From a virus, in IMG/VR virus record IMGVR_UViG_3300008216_002531, positions 41,626 through 105,625 of that record: 64,000 nt of DNA; one strand, given 5' to 3'. Below are positions 55,560 through 64,000 of the stretch, piece by piece. How positions within the stretch are numbered: position 1 is the stretch's first letter; every line of letters begins with the position of its first letter. A model generated the notes under the pieces. That model saw only the letters and a program-made list of their open reading frames with translations, made no database searches and was not told the origin of the DNA. The position numbers were made by a program, and so were the translations under genes.

Positions 55560-57743
55560 TTAAATAATTTCACAAACGCCTCCTGCGCAAGCTAGTTCTT
55601 GCTCTGGGGTAGTATTATCTTGCTCCTCTATGCACTCGGTATAATCAACAGCAGAATAAGATCTTTTAATATCAACCCACTCTTTCCAATTGTACACATC
55701 TTTCATACAGTAGGTTAGCTTCTTGATGTCTCCATCCATATATTTATCGGCAAACCTTTGACATCTGTCTGCCCAAGTCTTCTTACCGTTGCCTTTTACT
55801 TTCTGTCCAAAGCCTAACAGCGAATCGCAAGCGGTCCAAAGGTTGTCTTCCCATAAATTAAGCGCCACTTCAATAAGGCCACTTACAAACATTGCGCCAT
55901 CTCCATAATGAGACACCATCTCGCTAGGGAGATACACAGTTGTAAAGGGAGCTTGAGGATAGTCCTTATCTCCGCTAAGGGGAAGAAGGGAAACCCCACA
56001 GAAATACTTTCTATTCTTATAAATAAACTTTTCTACCACATCCCATTCTTCTGGCTTAACATTAATGGTATTAGACACGTTGTGCTGTAAATAAGGTTGT
56101 GCACAAAGGCTATCGGTTCTACCTATCATTACCCAATTTTGTTGAGTACTTTTTACATAATCCAGAAGGCCAGTAGCCCCAACTTGATTCTTGAGTTTGG
56201 ACCCATCGGGAACTTCTATACAAAACGATACAACATCGTCGCTGTCATTTGCAGACCACACAGACTCTTCACAGGCTCGCGGATTCGTCTTCTTAAAATG
56301 TTGGTAGATGTCTTCCATCTTATTGGCCTGTACACGCCGGATATATCTCTTAGCGTGATGCGGATGAATACCTGAGCTAGTTCCAAGAATACAAGAAGCA
56401 GTACCTTCTGGCTTGACACAGGTGGCTCTGGCAGCTTGGTTGATACCAATCTTTTTAGCTATATTCTTATTGGTTCTCTTTACTTCTCTCGCTCCCTCTT
56501 TTTGTACATCGGGATCAAGACAAATATCGTGACGCTCCATGATGCCTGTCATAGAAACGCCCAGCAAAGCCTCGCGTCGAAGAATCTTCTCTGTGGTTTT
56601 CCCCAGATATGGCATGGACGTAAAGCCAGCCTGCAAAGTTCCAATAATGGAGGCCGCTCTACAAGATTCTAAGAACTCGTCTTTGGTTTTAATTTTAGCG
56701 CAATTGATTGTGCTTAGATTGCACGCTTGCCATCCTGTTTCACCGCTCTCATCATCAACAGGATATAGTCCAATTTCAACGCAGGGGTTAACTACGAACT
56801 CTGTGGAATCCGACCATACAAACCCCGGTTCTCCAAACTCCTTGACCGATTGCATCAATTCAGAAAATTGTTCAGGAGTCGTTGAATCCCGTAGTAAGAG
56901 AGCAGAATTATTAGACCGGCCACGTTGAGGATTATCGTGAAACCAATTACCAGTCTTTGCCAATGCCATCTCTTCATCGTCTGGCGAAAAAAGACAAATC
57001 GTAGCACTTCTGCGTACACCGCCAGATATAACAGCGTCAGCAGCATGCATAACAACATCGTAGACATCTATAGGTCTCAGCTTTCTATTTGAAAATAGAG
57101 CATCCTTTAACGCCTTGTCTAAAACTTTCTTAATATTCGTTAGGGCTTTTTTCAGAGGTTCTGCGCCGGGAGCCTTGCCAGAGCTTGAGCTTAGATATGA
57201 TCCGGCTGGTCTGATCTCGGAGTAATCAAAGGTTACATTTTTTCCTTCATACTCTGAAAACAGATCACATTTTTCAAAATAGCTGCTGACTAAAACACCA
57301 ACAGCATCAGACCATCCCTCTATTGTATCTGGAATGGTGAATTTCTTGCTGCCTTCTTTCTTATGGACCAGCTTGGGTAGCTTTTCTACATGGTGCTTCT
57401 GAACAGAGAATCCAGTGCCGCAGCCGCACAAGAGAAGATACATGCACTCCTGAAAGAACCTTGGGCGGTCTATAAAGGATGCTATACAGTTATAAACCCT
57501 AGCATTATGTTTTACAATTGGCGAGCCGCCAAATTGTAGTGCACGTTGAGAGCCTAACACCCTTTTGGTGTGCATCATATCATAAGCCCACTCAATATCC
57601 TTTTTAGCTTCAGGATACTGACCGAGCATCATTTGTTTGACACGATCAACCGACTCTTTCCAAGTTTCCCTTCTTTTTTTTTCTGGTATCCATCTTGCAT
57701 ATTTAGAAACAAACGTATAACTCTCTAGTTCTTTTACAGACAT
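55560..57743 (-). CDS. nrdJ: Class II (adenosylcobalamin) monomeric ribonucleotide reductase
   Basis: YNC, GCGTGFS, GGVRRSA, SNNS, NPCVEI, CNL, TCVKPEGT, C-terminal CAGGVC. Confidence 0.88.
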   Translation of the reverse strand: MSVKELESYTFVSKYARWIPEKKRRETWKESVDRVKQMMLGQYPEAKKDIEWAYDMMHTKRVLGSQRALQFGGSPIVKHNARVYNCIASFIDRPRFFQECMYLLLCGCGTGFSVQKHHVEKLPKLVHKKEGSKKFTIPDTIEGWSDAVGVLVSSYFEKCDLFSEYEGKNVTFDYSEIRPAGSYLSSSSGKAPGAEPLKKALTNIKKVLDKALKDALFSNRKLRPIDVYDVVMHAADAVISGGVRRSATICLFSPDDEEMALAKTGNWFHDNPQRGRSNNSALLLRDSTTPEQFSELMQSVKEFGEPGFVWSDSTEFVVNPCVEIGLYPVDDESGETGWQACNLSTINCAKIKTKDEFLESCRAASIIGTLQAGFTSMPYLGKTTEKILRREALLGVSMTGIMERHDICLDPDVQKEGAREVKRTNKNIAKKIGINQAARATCVKPEGTASCILGTSSGIHPHHAKRYIRRVQANKMEDIYQHFKKTNPRACEESVWSANDSDDVVSFCIEVPDGSKLKNQVGATGLLDYVKSTQQNWVMIGRTDSLCAQPYLQHNVSNTINVKPEEWDVVEKFIYKNRKYFCGVSLLPLSGDKDYPQAPFTTVYLPSEMVSHYGDGAMFVSGLIEVALNLWEDNLWTACDSLLGFGQKVKGNGKKTWADRCQRFADKYMDGDIKKLTYCMKDVYNWKEWVDIKRSYSAVDYTECIEEQDNTTPEQELACAGGVCEII

Positions 57744-57748
57744 TGTTC

Positions 57749-57925
57749 CTACTGTTTATTTTTGGAGTCCCTGCGGGGCCTTTTATTTTTTTTAGTTTTG
57801 TACTGATTGTCTCTGTTTTTCATATACCAAGCATGCATGGCGTCGCCGTCTTGGAAAGATTTTTCTTTTCCGTTAGCCAATTTAAGCGTAAATGGTTTAT
57901 CTCTCTTATTTCCTCTAAGATTCAT
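57749..57925 (-). CDS. Small basic protein (58 aa), not in ORF track
   Basis: MNLRGNKRDKPFTLKLANGKEKSFQDGDAMHAWYMKNRDNQYKTKKNKRPRRDSKNKQ; ATGA overlap. Confidence 0.55.
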   Translation of the reverse strand: MNLRGNKRDKPFTLKLANGKEKSFQDGDAMHAWYMKNRDNQYKTKKNKRPRRDSKNKQ

Positions 57926-58359
57926 TTGTTCTTAGTGGCCTTTCCAGCCTTTACCATAAGTTCCGACACGTCTTCCCCGCTTACAAATAGCCTTCCTAAA
58001 ACCCTGCTGAAAGTAAAATTGTCTTTAAGCTCTCCTTGCTCGTCTGCTGGGATGAAGAGAGTAATCTTTTTTTGTTTTCTAGCCGCAAGATCATTGTAAA
58101 AAACCTGTTTCAACAAATTGTGAAGGTGTTTTTTAGATTCATATCCCTTGGTTTTTTCTACCGGATCTAACGTGCGAGTTTCTGGCGCCCAGCAGTCAAT
58201 CAATCTAACACGAACTGTTCTCGTTATTTCTACATCTACCGTGTCTCCATCAATAACTCTTACGACTTTGCAGTCGGTCGTTATGCCTTTTGGTGGCTCT
58301 TGCATGACTTTCTTTCTCGCCCACAGAGGTGGACCATTATGAATTATTCTTGAGGCCAT
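57922..58359 (-). CDS. Thermonuclease (SNase) family nuclease
   Basis: VVRVIDGDTVDV, VRLIDCWAPE, RVLG, MVKAG. Confidence 0.8.
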   Translation of the reverse strand: MASRIIHNGPPLWARKKVMQEPPKGITTDCKVVRVIDGDTVDVEITRTVRVRLIDCWAPETRTLDPVEKTKGYESKKHLHNLLKQVFYNDLAARKQKKITLFIPADEQGELKDNFTFSRVLGRLFVSGEDVSELMVKAGKATKNK

Positions 58360-58819
58360 CTAAGATATTATACACTTTATCAGAGTCAAGATACGTGATT
58401 TCTAGACCGTTATCTATAAGATGGTCGTAAACGATTTTATCTTCCTCTGTTTCTCCGTGGGCCTTAGCTCCTTTTGGTACATACCACTCCATCACGCCGC
58501 TTTGCCATAGTAATTTTGCACAACTAGCACAGGGCAGGTGTGTTATATAAGCCTTGTACCAGTCGATCTGTTTAATCGCTAAATTGCTTATAGCGTTGGC
58601 TTCCGCGTGTACAATAAATGGATACTTGTCAGGTCTTGTGATGGGGAGATCGTCTTCTTTGACTCCCGAGCAGAATCCATTATATCCAATTCCAACAACC
58701 ACATTGGGGCTGCCGACTATGACACAACCCACCTTGGTTTGTGAATCATGGCTACGTATGGACGCATAACACGCCATACCCATAAAATACTCATCCCAGC
58801 TTGGCCGGTTGTGCGACAC
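58337..58819 (-). CDS. dCMP deaminase
   Basis: WDEYFM, RS.D..TKVG, GYNG, HAEANA, PCASC. Confidence 0.9.
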   Translation of the reverse strand: MSHNRPSWDEYFMGMACYASIRSHDSQTKVGCVIVGSPNVVVGIGYNGFCSGVKEDDLPITRPDKYPFIVHAEANAISNLAIKQIDWYKAYITHLPCASCAKLLWQSGVMEWYVPKGAKAHGETEEDKIVYDHLIDNGLEITYLDSDKVYNILDGLKNNS

Positions 58820-58898
58820 GTCTTTTCTGCCTTGCCTGTCTTTTCAGCTTCTGTTGACGCTTATCTTTTTTAGTTTGTTTGCGTATCGTTTTACCCAT
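58791..58898 (-). CDS. Small basic peptide (35 aa), not in ORF track
   Basis: MGKTIRKQTKKDKRQQKLKRQARQKRRVAQPAKLG; TAATG coupling to upstream stop. Confidence 0.5.
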   Translation of the reverse strand: MGKTIRKQTKKDKRQQKLKRQARQKRRVAQPAKLG

Positions 58899-59269
58899 TA
58901 GAAAGCCTTCAAAGAGTATTTAGCTCTAACATCCTTGATAAGACTAGAGTGTCCATTATTTCTAATTACACAGATATCAAATTCTTCTTCGGGTAATCTT
59001 GCTACATTGTCTGGTTTACACACTGTGTACTCTCCTCTGAAGCCCAAAATTTTTGCAGCTATTGACAAAGTGTTTACATCACTTTTATTGATTTCTAGAA
59101 TCTTTTTGATTCCATTGAAACCAAAGCAGCCGTATTTGGCATCGAGTTTTTTGAATAAGACTATGTCTTTTAACAAAGCCTGTTTTTTACCACCTTGAAA
59201 TCCAAAGTGATTTACTATTCTATTTACTGGTTTGTCCCAGTTACCTAGCTCTACTTCTGTAGTGTGCAT
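58898..59269 (-). CDS. Hypothetical protein
   Basis: GGAGG RBS, operon packing. Confidence 0.5.
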   Translation of the reverse strand: MHTTEVELGNWDKPVNRIVNHFGFQGGKKQALLKDIVLFKKLDAKYGCFGFNGIKKILEINKSDVNTLSIAAKILGFRGEYTVCKPDNVARLPEEEFDICVIRNNGHSSLIKDVRAKYSLKAF

Positions 59270-59723
59270 CTATCCTCCCAAGACCGGCAGCATAATTAGG
59301 AATTTTAGAAGATGATGTAACTGCCTTTTGTCTTTTGTCATAAATTTTAATAGTTCCATCTTCTAGAATATAAACACAGTCAGCGTCATGTATTGAAATT
59401 TGTTTAATATTGTCTCGGCGTTGAACCAACTGTCGGTATCCCTGTAAGTGCCCTTGGAAACTCAAATTGCTTCTGTAATAAACAGGCTGAGCTTGGATAG
59501 TCCATCCATGCGGAGTCCACACCCAAATCATTGGACGGGGTTGATAAAACTGATTAATATATAAATGAGAAGACTTGTTAAGTCTATGGGTATCGATAGA
59601 ATGTTCGATGTTACGCACAAAGATTTGAACATCGGCGGCTTCCGAAGTGTCAGTACCAATGAATGGAATAGTTGCAGCAGCCATAGCGCCGATCTTTAAA
59701 AACTCTCTACGTAGCATGATCAC
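59241..59723 (-). CDS. Tat-signal exported protein
   Basis: LRREFLKIGAMAAA...SEA twin-arginine signal. Confidence 0.6.
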   Translation of the reverse strand: MIMLRREFLKIGAMAAATIPFIGTDTSEAADVQIFVRNIEHSIDTHRLNKSSHLYINQFYQPRPMIWVWTPHGWTIQAQPVYYRSNLSFQGHLQGYRQLVQRRDNIKQISIHDADCVYILEDGTIKIYDKRQKAVTSSSKIPNYAAGLGRIDAHYRSRAR

Positions 59724-60634
59724 ACCTCTAAAATTTCTAAACCGTGAACACAGTGTTTAATGTCTTCCTCTATTTGCAATTGCTTGACAAATTCTTGCCT
59801 CTCTATGTCAAACACGAGCAGACGGGCAGGGGAAGACCCTATTATAGCATAATCCTTGTTTCTAGTCAAGCCTCTATTCCAGTTATTTTCTGCTATCTTA
59901 TCTACTGAAAATTTAGCATAATCAGTAGCTGGAATGGGAAAGAAGCTTGATTGTCCGTTCTTAATAATTCCTAAATGTTTTAAGCTGGTCATGTTAATCA
60001 TGGTGCAGTCGTTGTATTCATAAAAGTTGTGTTGAAAACTTTTGACTCCGTTTATGGATGGCATGGATTCTGCGACTTTCATGGTGTGAAAATCATACAG
60101 GTGAGTAATCAGGGCAGAGAATACCAGTCTGCCAGAAAAGGAAGAAATTGAGTTAATATGATATTTGTCATCTGGCACAGCTTCTTCAGGATCTATTTGT
60201 CTTTTACCTGTGAATACCTTGTGGTCTTCTTTGCTTTCTCCTAAGATTTCCCAAAACTCAGTGATGTTGAGGTCTAGGTCAAGCTTGACTATTGCATCAT
60301 ACCCAGTAGATGTCACCCATATATGATTATCGAAGTAGCAGATTTCGTGTATAGATTTGAAAAAATCTTTATCTTGTTTTTGGTTAGTTATTTCGTATGT
60401 TTGTTTGTCTAGTTCTAACAATCCGCTGGAATCAGCAACTATTATTTTGTCTTCTAAGACAGCTATGCCTCTTAACCCTCTCTCTCCACCCCTAGTATTC
60501 TCATTGTCGAAATCTCCAGCGTATGGAATATACTTGAGGATTTCATCATTGTTAATATCAATGACATATAATCCTCCGTGCACAGACCCTTGTTCAGCAG
60601 CCCGTATAACTGTTGAGCAAATTACTTTCATCAA
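59720..60634 (-). CDS. Beta-propeller protein (DUF4915/arylsulfotransferase-like), paralog of 15012-16037
   Basis: HGGLYVID, GERGLRGIA, IHEI, DKYHINS, FQHN, NRGL, IGSSPA. Confidence 0.5.
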   Translation of the reverse strand: MMKVICSTVIRAAEQGSVHGGLYVIDINNDEILKYIPYAGDFDNENTRGGERGLRGIAVLEDKIIVADSSGLLELDKQTYEITNQKQDKDFFKSIHEICYFDNHIWVTSTGYDAIVKLDLDLNITEFWEILGESKEDHKVFTGKRQIDPEEAVPDDKYHINSISSFSGRLVFSALITHLYDFHTMKVAESMPSINGVKSFQHNFYEYNDCTMINMTSLKHLGIIKNGQSSFFPIPATDYAKFSVDKIAENNWNRGLTRNKDYAIIGSSPARLLVFDIERQEFVKQLQIEEDIKHCVHGLEILEV

Positions 60635-61565
60635 ACCACTCTATAGTCCTTTTCAGCCCGTCGTGTAAATCTGTAGAAGCCTCAAAGCCGAAATAGGATT
60701 CTGCCATCTGAGTGTCGAGACACCTTCTAGGCTGACCATCTGGTTTGGACGTGTCAAAAACTATAGACCCATTAAAGCCAACAAGTTCAGCGATCAGTCC
60801 AACTAGTTTCTCAATTGTAATTTCTTTGCCGGTTCCTATATTAACTGGATATGGATCATTATATTTTTCCACAGCCGTGACTATAGCTTCCGCACAGTCA
60901 TCTACATACAGGAATTCTCTACTGGCTTTGCCACTACCCCAGACTACGACCTCTTTGTCATTATTGGCGATTGCCTGTTTGAATTTTAAAATTAGGGCTG
61001 GAATGACATGGCTACTGTTGGGATCAAAATTGTCTCCGGGGCCATACATATTGACTGGTATTAATGTAACACCATTCATTCCGTATTGATTTCTATAGGC
61101 TTGAAGCATTTCCATAAGAGCTTTTTTGGCAACCCCATAAGGCGCATTGGTCTCTTCTGGATATCCATTCCATATATCAGATTCTTTAAACGGGACGGGA
61201 GTGAATTTTGGGTAAGAACAAACTGTGCTAGTTAGCAAAAACTTTTCACAGTTATGTTTTCTTGCTTCTTCTATGAGATTAAGACCCATAGCCATGTTGT
61301 CGTAAAAAAACCTTCCGGGGTTCTCTTTATTCGCTCCAATACCACCAACCCTAGCAGCTAAATGTACTACTATATCAGGCTTATGATAGTTAAATAAATG
61401 CGCTACATCTACATACCTAGTAAGGTCAAGAGACATTGGCGCGCGAGAACCCGGAAGGTCTATTACGTTGCTGTATCCAGAAGCTTTTAATTTTCTACAT
61501 ACAACACGACCTAGAAATCCTTTTCCACCCGTAACTAAAATCTTACTTTTAGCTTTTATGCCCAT
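60594..61565 (-). CDS. fcl: GDP-L-fucose synthase
   Basis: TGGKGFLG, HLAARVGGIGAN, CSYPK, YGVAKK, PVNMYGPGDNF, SHVIPALI, VWGSG, REFLYVDD, KPDGQPR. Confidence 0.92.
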   Translation of the reverse strand: MGIKAKSKILVTGGKGFLGRVVCRKLKASGYSNVIDLPGSRAPMSLDLTRYVDVAHLFNYHKPDIVVHLAARVGGIGANKENPGRFFYDNMAMGLNLIEEARKHNCEKFLLTSTVCSYPKFTPVPFKESDIWNGYPEETNAPYGVAKKALMEMLQAYRNQYGMNGVTLIPVNMYGPGDNFDPNSSHVIPALILKFKQAIANNDKEVVVWGSGKASREFLYVDDCAEAIVTAVEKYNDPYPVNIGTGKEITIEKLVGLIAELVGFNGSIVFDTSKPDGQPRRCLDTQMAESYFGFEASTDLHDGLKRTIEWFDESNLLNSYTGC

Positions 61566-61574
61566 TTATATTCC

Positions 61575-61748
61575 TTACGCAGACCTTAGACTGTCTCCAA
61601 CAATCCAAGCGCCGCCTATTAGCACGATGTTGCTAACCTGCTCTGGATCTAGGTCGAGACCGAGAATGTTAGTGGTCGTCACTAGGACACCGCCAACAGC
61701 GACCCAAAATCGTCGAGACTTGATTAATAGTGATAGTTTTTCAGTCAT
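61575..61748 (-). CDS. Holin-like two-TM protein (57 aa), not in ORF track
   Basis: MTEKLSLLIKSRRFWVAVGGVLVTTTNILGLDLDPEQVSNIVLIGGAWIVGDSLRSA; GGAG RBS; KSRRFW motif. Confidence 0.55.
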   Translation of the reverse strand: MTEKLSLLIKSRRFWVAVGGVLVTTTNILGLDLDPEQVSNIVLIGGAWIVGDSLRSA

Positions 61749-61786
61749 CGTCTATTCTCCATAAAAAAAGTAATACGAAATCCATT

Positions 61787-62131
61787 TCAGAGAGGTCCAT
61801 CCTTAGTGATTCTATATCCCGTATTAGCACTATTGTTGCATTCGGGACACATAGGGATTTTCTGATTATGCATACCGAGTTGATGTTGAGTATTTAGAAG
61901 CTGTTGCAATAATATCGTGTCCCTCATAACGGCTTGCCTGTTCATGTTCTGTAGGCCCGCCGCAAGAGCGGCTACGTCTTGATTGGTTATAGATACGTTT
62001 TGAACTTCAGGAGTAGGCTCGGTTTTTTTAGGAGCCATATAGTAGTCAATTATAATAATATCTAGAACAATGAGTATGACTGCCGCGCACGCTACTTTAA
62101 GTACGAGGAGCGCTGATGGTCTTAGAGTCAT
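61787..62131 (-). CDS. Membrane-anchored hypothetical protein
   Basis: N-terminal TM, coiled region, H...CPEC. Confidence 0.5.
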   Translation of the reverse strand: MTLRPSALLVLKVACAAVILIVLDIIIIDYYMAPKKTEPTPEVQNVSITNQDVAALAAGLQNMNRQAVMRDTILLQQLLNTQHQLGMHNQKIPMCPECNNSANTGYRITKDGPL

Positions 62132-63056
62132 TATCTTCTCTAATTAGGGGAAGCACTGGAAATTTTACAGCGTCTTTAGTGGCCTTAGCGCCGGGCGTAG
62201 TCTTAGACTTTGGCCCTTCTGCTGATAAGGTCGCAAGCTCTTTAATAGAGGGGACTTTAACGTCTGTGTCAATAGCCCACAAAACACCCTCTGCCTTGGC
62301 ATAGGCTCTCATTCGCCTTACCGGAACGATCAGATTAAAAGTCTCTCCGGCTCCACGAACAAGCATGCCAACATACTGCCCGGCTTTTTCCTTGCTGCGT
62401 TCGCTAAGGAATACTCCACCGCCGCTAGACCCCGGAAATGCTGTTACTGTGGTTTGGTCGAAGACCACCCCGTCTCCAGTGCCAAGATCAAGAACTCTAC
62501 CAACTTGAGAACAAATTCCTCGCGTCATCGAGTTGCTGCCTACTTGGCCTAGTAAAGAGCCGACATGATATAGCTCAGTACCAATAGCGACTGGCTTACC
62601 AGAGTCTTTATAGAAAGTAGTGGTCTTGTCAATAAAACCCTTCTTTCTAACCATCAAGAGAGCCAAGTCTTCTCCGTTTTCAGCGTCGGAGTATTTAATT
62701 ACTTTGGCTTCCATCTTGAACTCGCCAACACGGCGACCATCCTCGACCAATTCTTTAACAATTTGAGCGTCCTTGAACTCAACAACTGTTTGAGGCTTCC
62801 CATCTTTGATGACAACTCTAACCGATCTAAGACCATCAACAACATGAGCAGCCGTCCAAACAAAATTAACCTTCTGCTTGACGTTTGGGGAGACTTCGAC
62901 TTCTCGCGTTACGATAATGCCAGAGCCTTCCCCACCTGCCGCCTTTACGGTAACAGAAACGTCTTGCAGATGTTGATAGAGTTGGTTGTCCTGAGCATTC
63001 ACAGTTGCAGCAAACATAGCCACAACTAGTGTAGCGATCCACACAGCCTTCTTCAT
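62097..63056 (-). CDS. Secreted trypsin-like serine protease
   Basis: Signal peptide; GSG, TAAHVV, DLALL, PGSSGGG catalytic triad. Confidence 0.85.
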   Translation of the reverse strand: MKKAVWIATLVVAMFAATVNAQDNQLYQHLQDVSVTVKAAGGEGSGIIVTREVEVSPNVKQKVNFVWTAAHVVDGLRSVRVVIKDGKPQTVVEFKDAQIVKELVEDGRRVGEFKMEAKVIKYSDAENGEDLALLMVRKKGFIDKTTTFYKDSGKPVAIGTELYHVGSLLGQVGSNSMTRGICSQVGRVLDLGTGDGVVFDQTTVTAFPGSSGGGVFLSERSKEKAGQYVGMLVRGAGETFNLIVPVRRMRAYAKAEGVLWAIDTDVKVPSIKELATLSAEGPKSKTTPGAKATKDAVKFPVLPLIREDNDSKTISAPRT

Positions 63057-63092
63057 CGGAATCCTTCCTTTGGGTCTTAGTATATATAGCAG

Positions 63093-63884
63093 TTAGTTAA
63101 CTACTTCGCCACCACCCTGCATACGTCTTTCAAGTTCACGCTGCGGAGAGTTTCCATCGTTCTCGACAACGCCGGGAGCGACTGGAACATTGTTGGTGGA
63201 AATAGGTCTAAGCTCATCTTCTGTAAACTCGCTACCGAGAGCAGGATGTTTAATCCATTCGATAGTGGGGATATGAGAGACATCATAGTTGTTAAAATGC
63301 TCTGATGTCAAGAAGAACGGAGCCACATTGTCAAAAACCTTTTCCGCATCGGCATAAGGAACCCTAAAGAGTTCTACGCACATAAGGCGATACGCTTCAC
63401 GGAATAGCTTCTTGATTTCGATGGCAGTAGACTCACTCCAGTCGTTCGACCAAGTATTCTCGCTAAGCTGAACAATATTGCTCATGCCCTGCAAGCAAAG
63501 CTCGATCCATCGACGGCAGTAGTCGTTTTTGACATCAAAATATCTAATGGGATAAACCTTGAATGCTCTACGCTCATGCGTAATATGATGAGCTTCAAGA
63601 CGCTCCACATTGTCTCTCTTGGTATTAACATCAATAAGGTCGTTCAGACGAACAAACATGTTATGATGGTGCTTAACGGCTCCAAGAGTCGGAGGGCCGG
63701 GAACAAAACAGTCTGTTCTAACTGAGAACGCCTGTAGATGCTCGCCAACCTTGTCAAACAACCTGCCTAGCGCTAGGTTGTGAGTTTCTTTGTTGTCCCC
63801 TACATTGGGGATAGCCCACTTAACTCCCTCAAACATGTGAGGAATAATTGCGTCGTGGGTTGGGGTTGCTAAGGTATCAGACAT
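63093..63884 (-). CDS. Hypothetical protein
   Basis: Strong AAGGAG RBS, long ORF. Confidence 0.6.
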   Translation of the reverse strand: MSDTLATPTHDAIIPHMFEGVKWAIPNVGDNKETHNLALGRLFDKVGEHLQAFSVRTDCFVPGPPTLGAVKHHHNMFVRLNDLIDVNTKRDNVERLEAHHITHERRAFKVYPIRYFDVKNDYCRRWIELCLQGMSNIVQLSENTWSNDWSESTAIEIKKLFREAYRLMCVELFRVPYADAEKVFDNVAPFFLTSEHFNNYDVSHIPTIEWIKHPALGSEFTEDELRPISTNNVPVAPGVVENDGNSPQRELERRMQGGGEVVN

Positions 63885-63896
63885 ATTATATCTCCT

Positions 63897-64000
63897 TTAC
63901 TCGATATTATACTTCTTCTTAAGTCTTTGTCGTAAAAGTGTGTCAATTTGAAAAGCAGTCATGGTGTGGTCGTCTCCGTACTCATTAACCAATTCTCCCA
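63897..64000 (-). CDS. 3' end of hypothetical protein (partial)
   Basis: Open frame ...GELVNEYGDDHTMTAFQIDTLLRQRLKKKYNIE*. Confidence 0.4.
   Translation of the reverse strand, partial: GELVNEYGDDHTMTAFQIDTLLRQRLKKKYNIE

Noticed and set aside
30971-57743. Inteins or introns in DnaE, DnaB, RecA or RNR
   Set aside because: Lengths and motif spacing look normal; no intein terminal motifs seen
9594-63029. Many plus-strand ORFs of 60-180 aa
   Set aside because: They are antisense shadows of well-supported minus-strand genes and lack motifs
63906-63946. Perfect TTGACA and TATAAT on the minus strand
   Set aside because: Spacer is 29 nt, not ~17, so they do not form one sigma-70 promoter
1-64000. 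Stop-codon recoding as in some large phages
   Set aside because: Standard-code ORFs tile the window, and TAA, TAG and TGA all terminate full-length conserved genes

Overview
This window is best read as part of a large dsDNA bacteriophage genome using the standard genetic code. The host is uncertain; a Planctomycetota-like host is only a weak impression. Positions 1-7142 (+) are the end of a virion-protein region: a very Cys-rich >1900-aa vWA protein, a small Cys-rich protein and a Gly/Ser/Thr-rich structural protein, closed by a bidirectional terminator. From 7249 to 64000 the genes form a nearly gap-free, often translationally coupled minus-strand block. It contains: (i) a ~20-kb glycan biosynthesis/modification cluster (9251-29578); (ii) a sigma factor, SSB and a bacterial-type replication/recombination set (DnaE, DnaQ-like exonuclease, DnaG, DnaB, RecA, Cas4-like nuclease); (iii) nucleotide metabolism genes (ThyX, dNMP kinase, dUTPase, class II RNR, dCMP deaminase, PhoH) and tRNA-Arg(UCU); (iv) membrane/secreted proteins. 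The most striking feature is DnaE, split without inteins into two genes. Between the halves lies a coupled arginine/lysine-catabolic operon: HPPD-like VOC enzyme, aldehyde dehydrogenase, ArgZ-type amidino hydrolase, lysine 6-aminotransferase, short UDP-glucose dehydrogenase and lysine 6-dehydrogenase, with an ornithine cyclodeaminase-family gene nearby upstream. All calls come from motif recognition by eye; no database searches were run.
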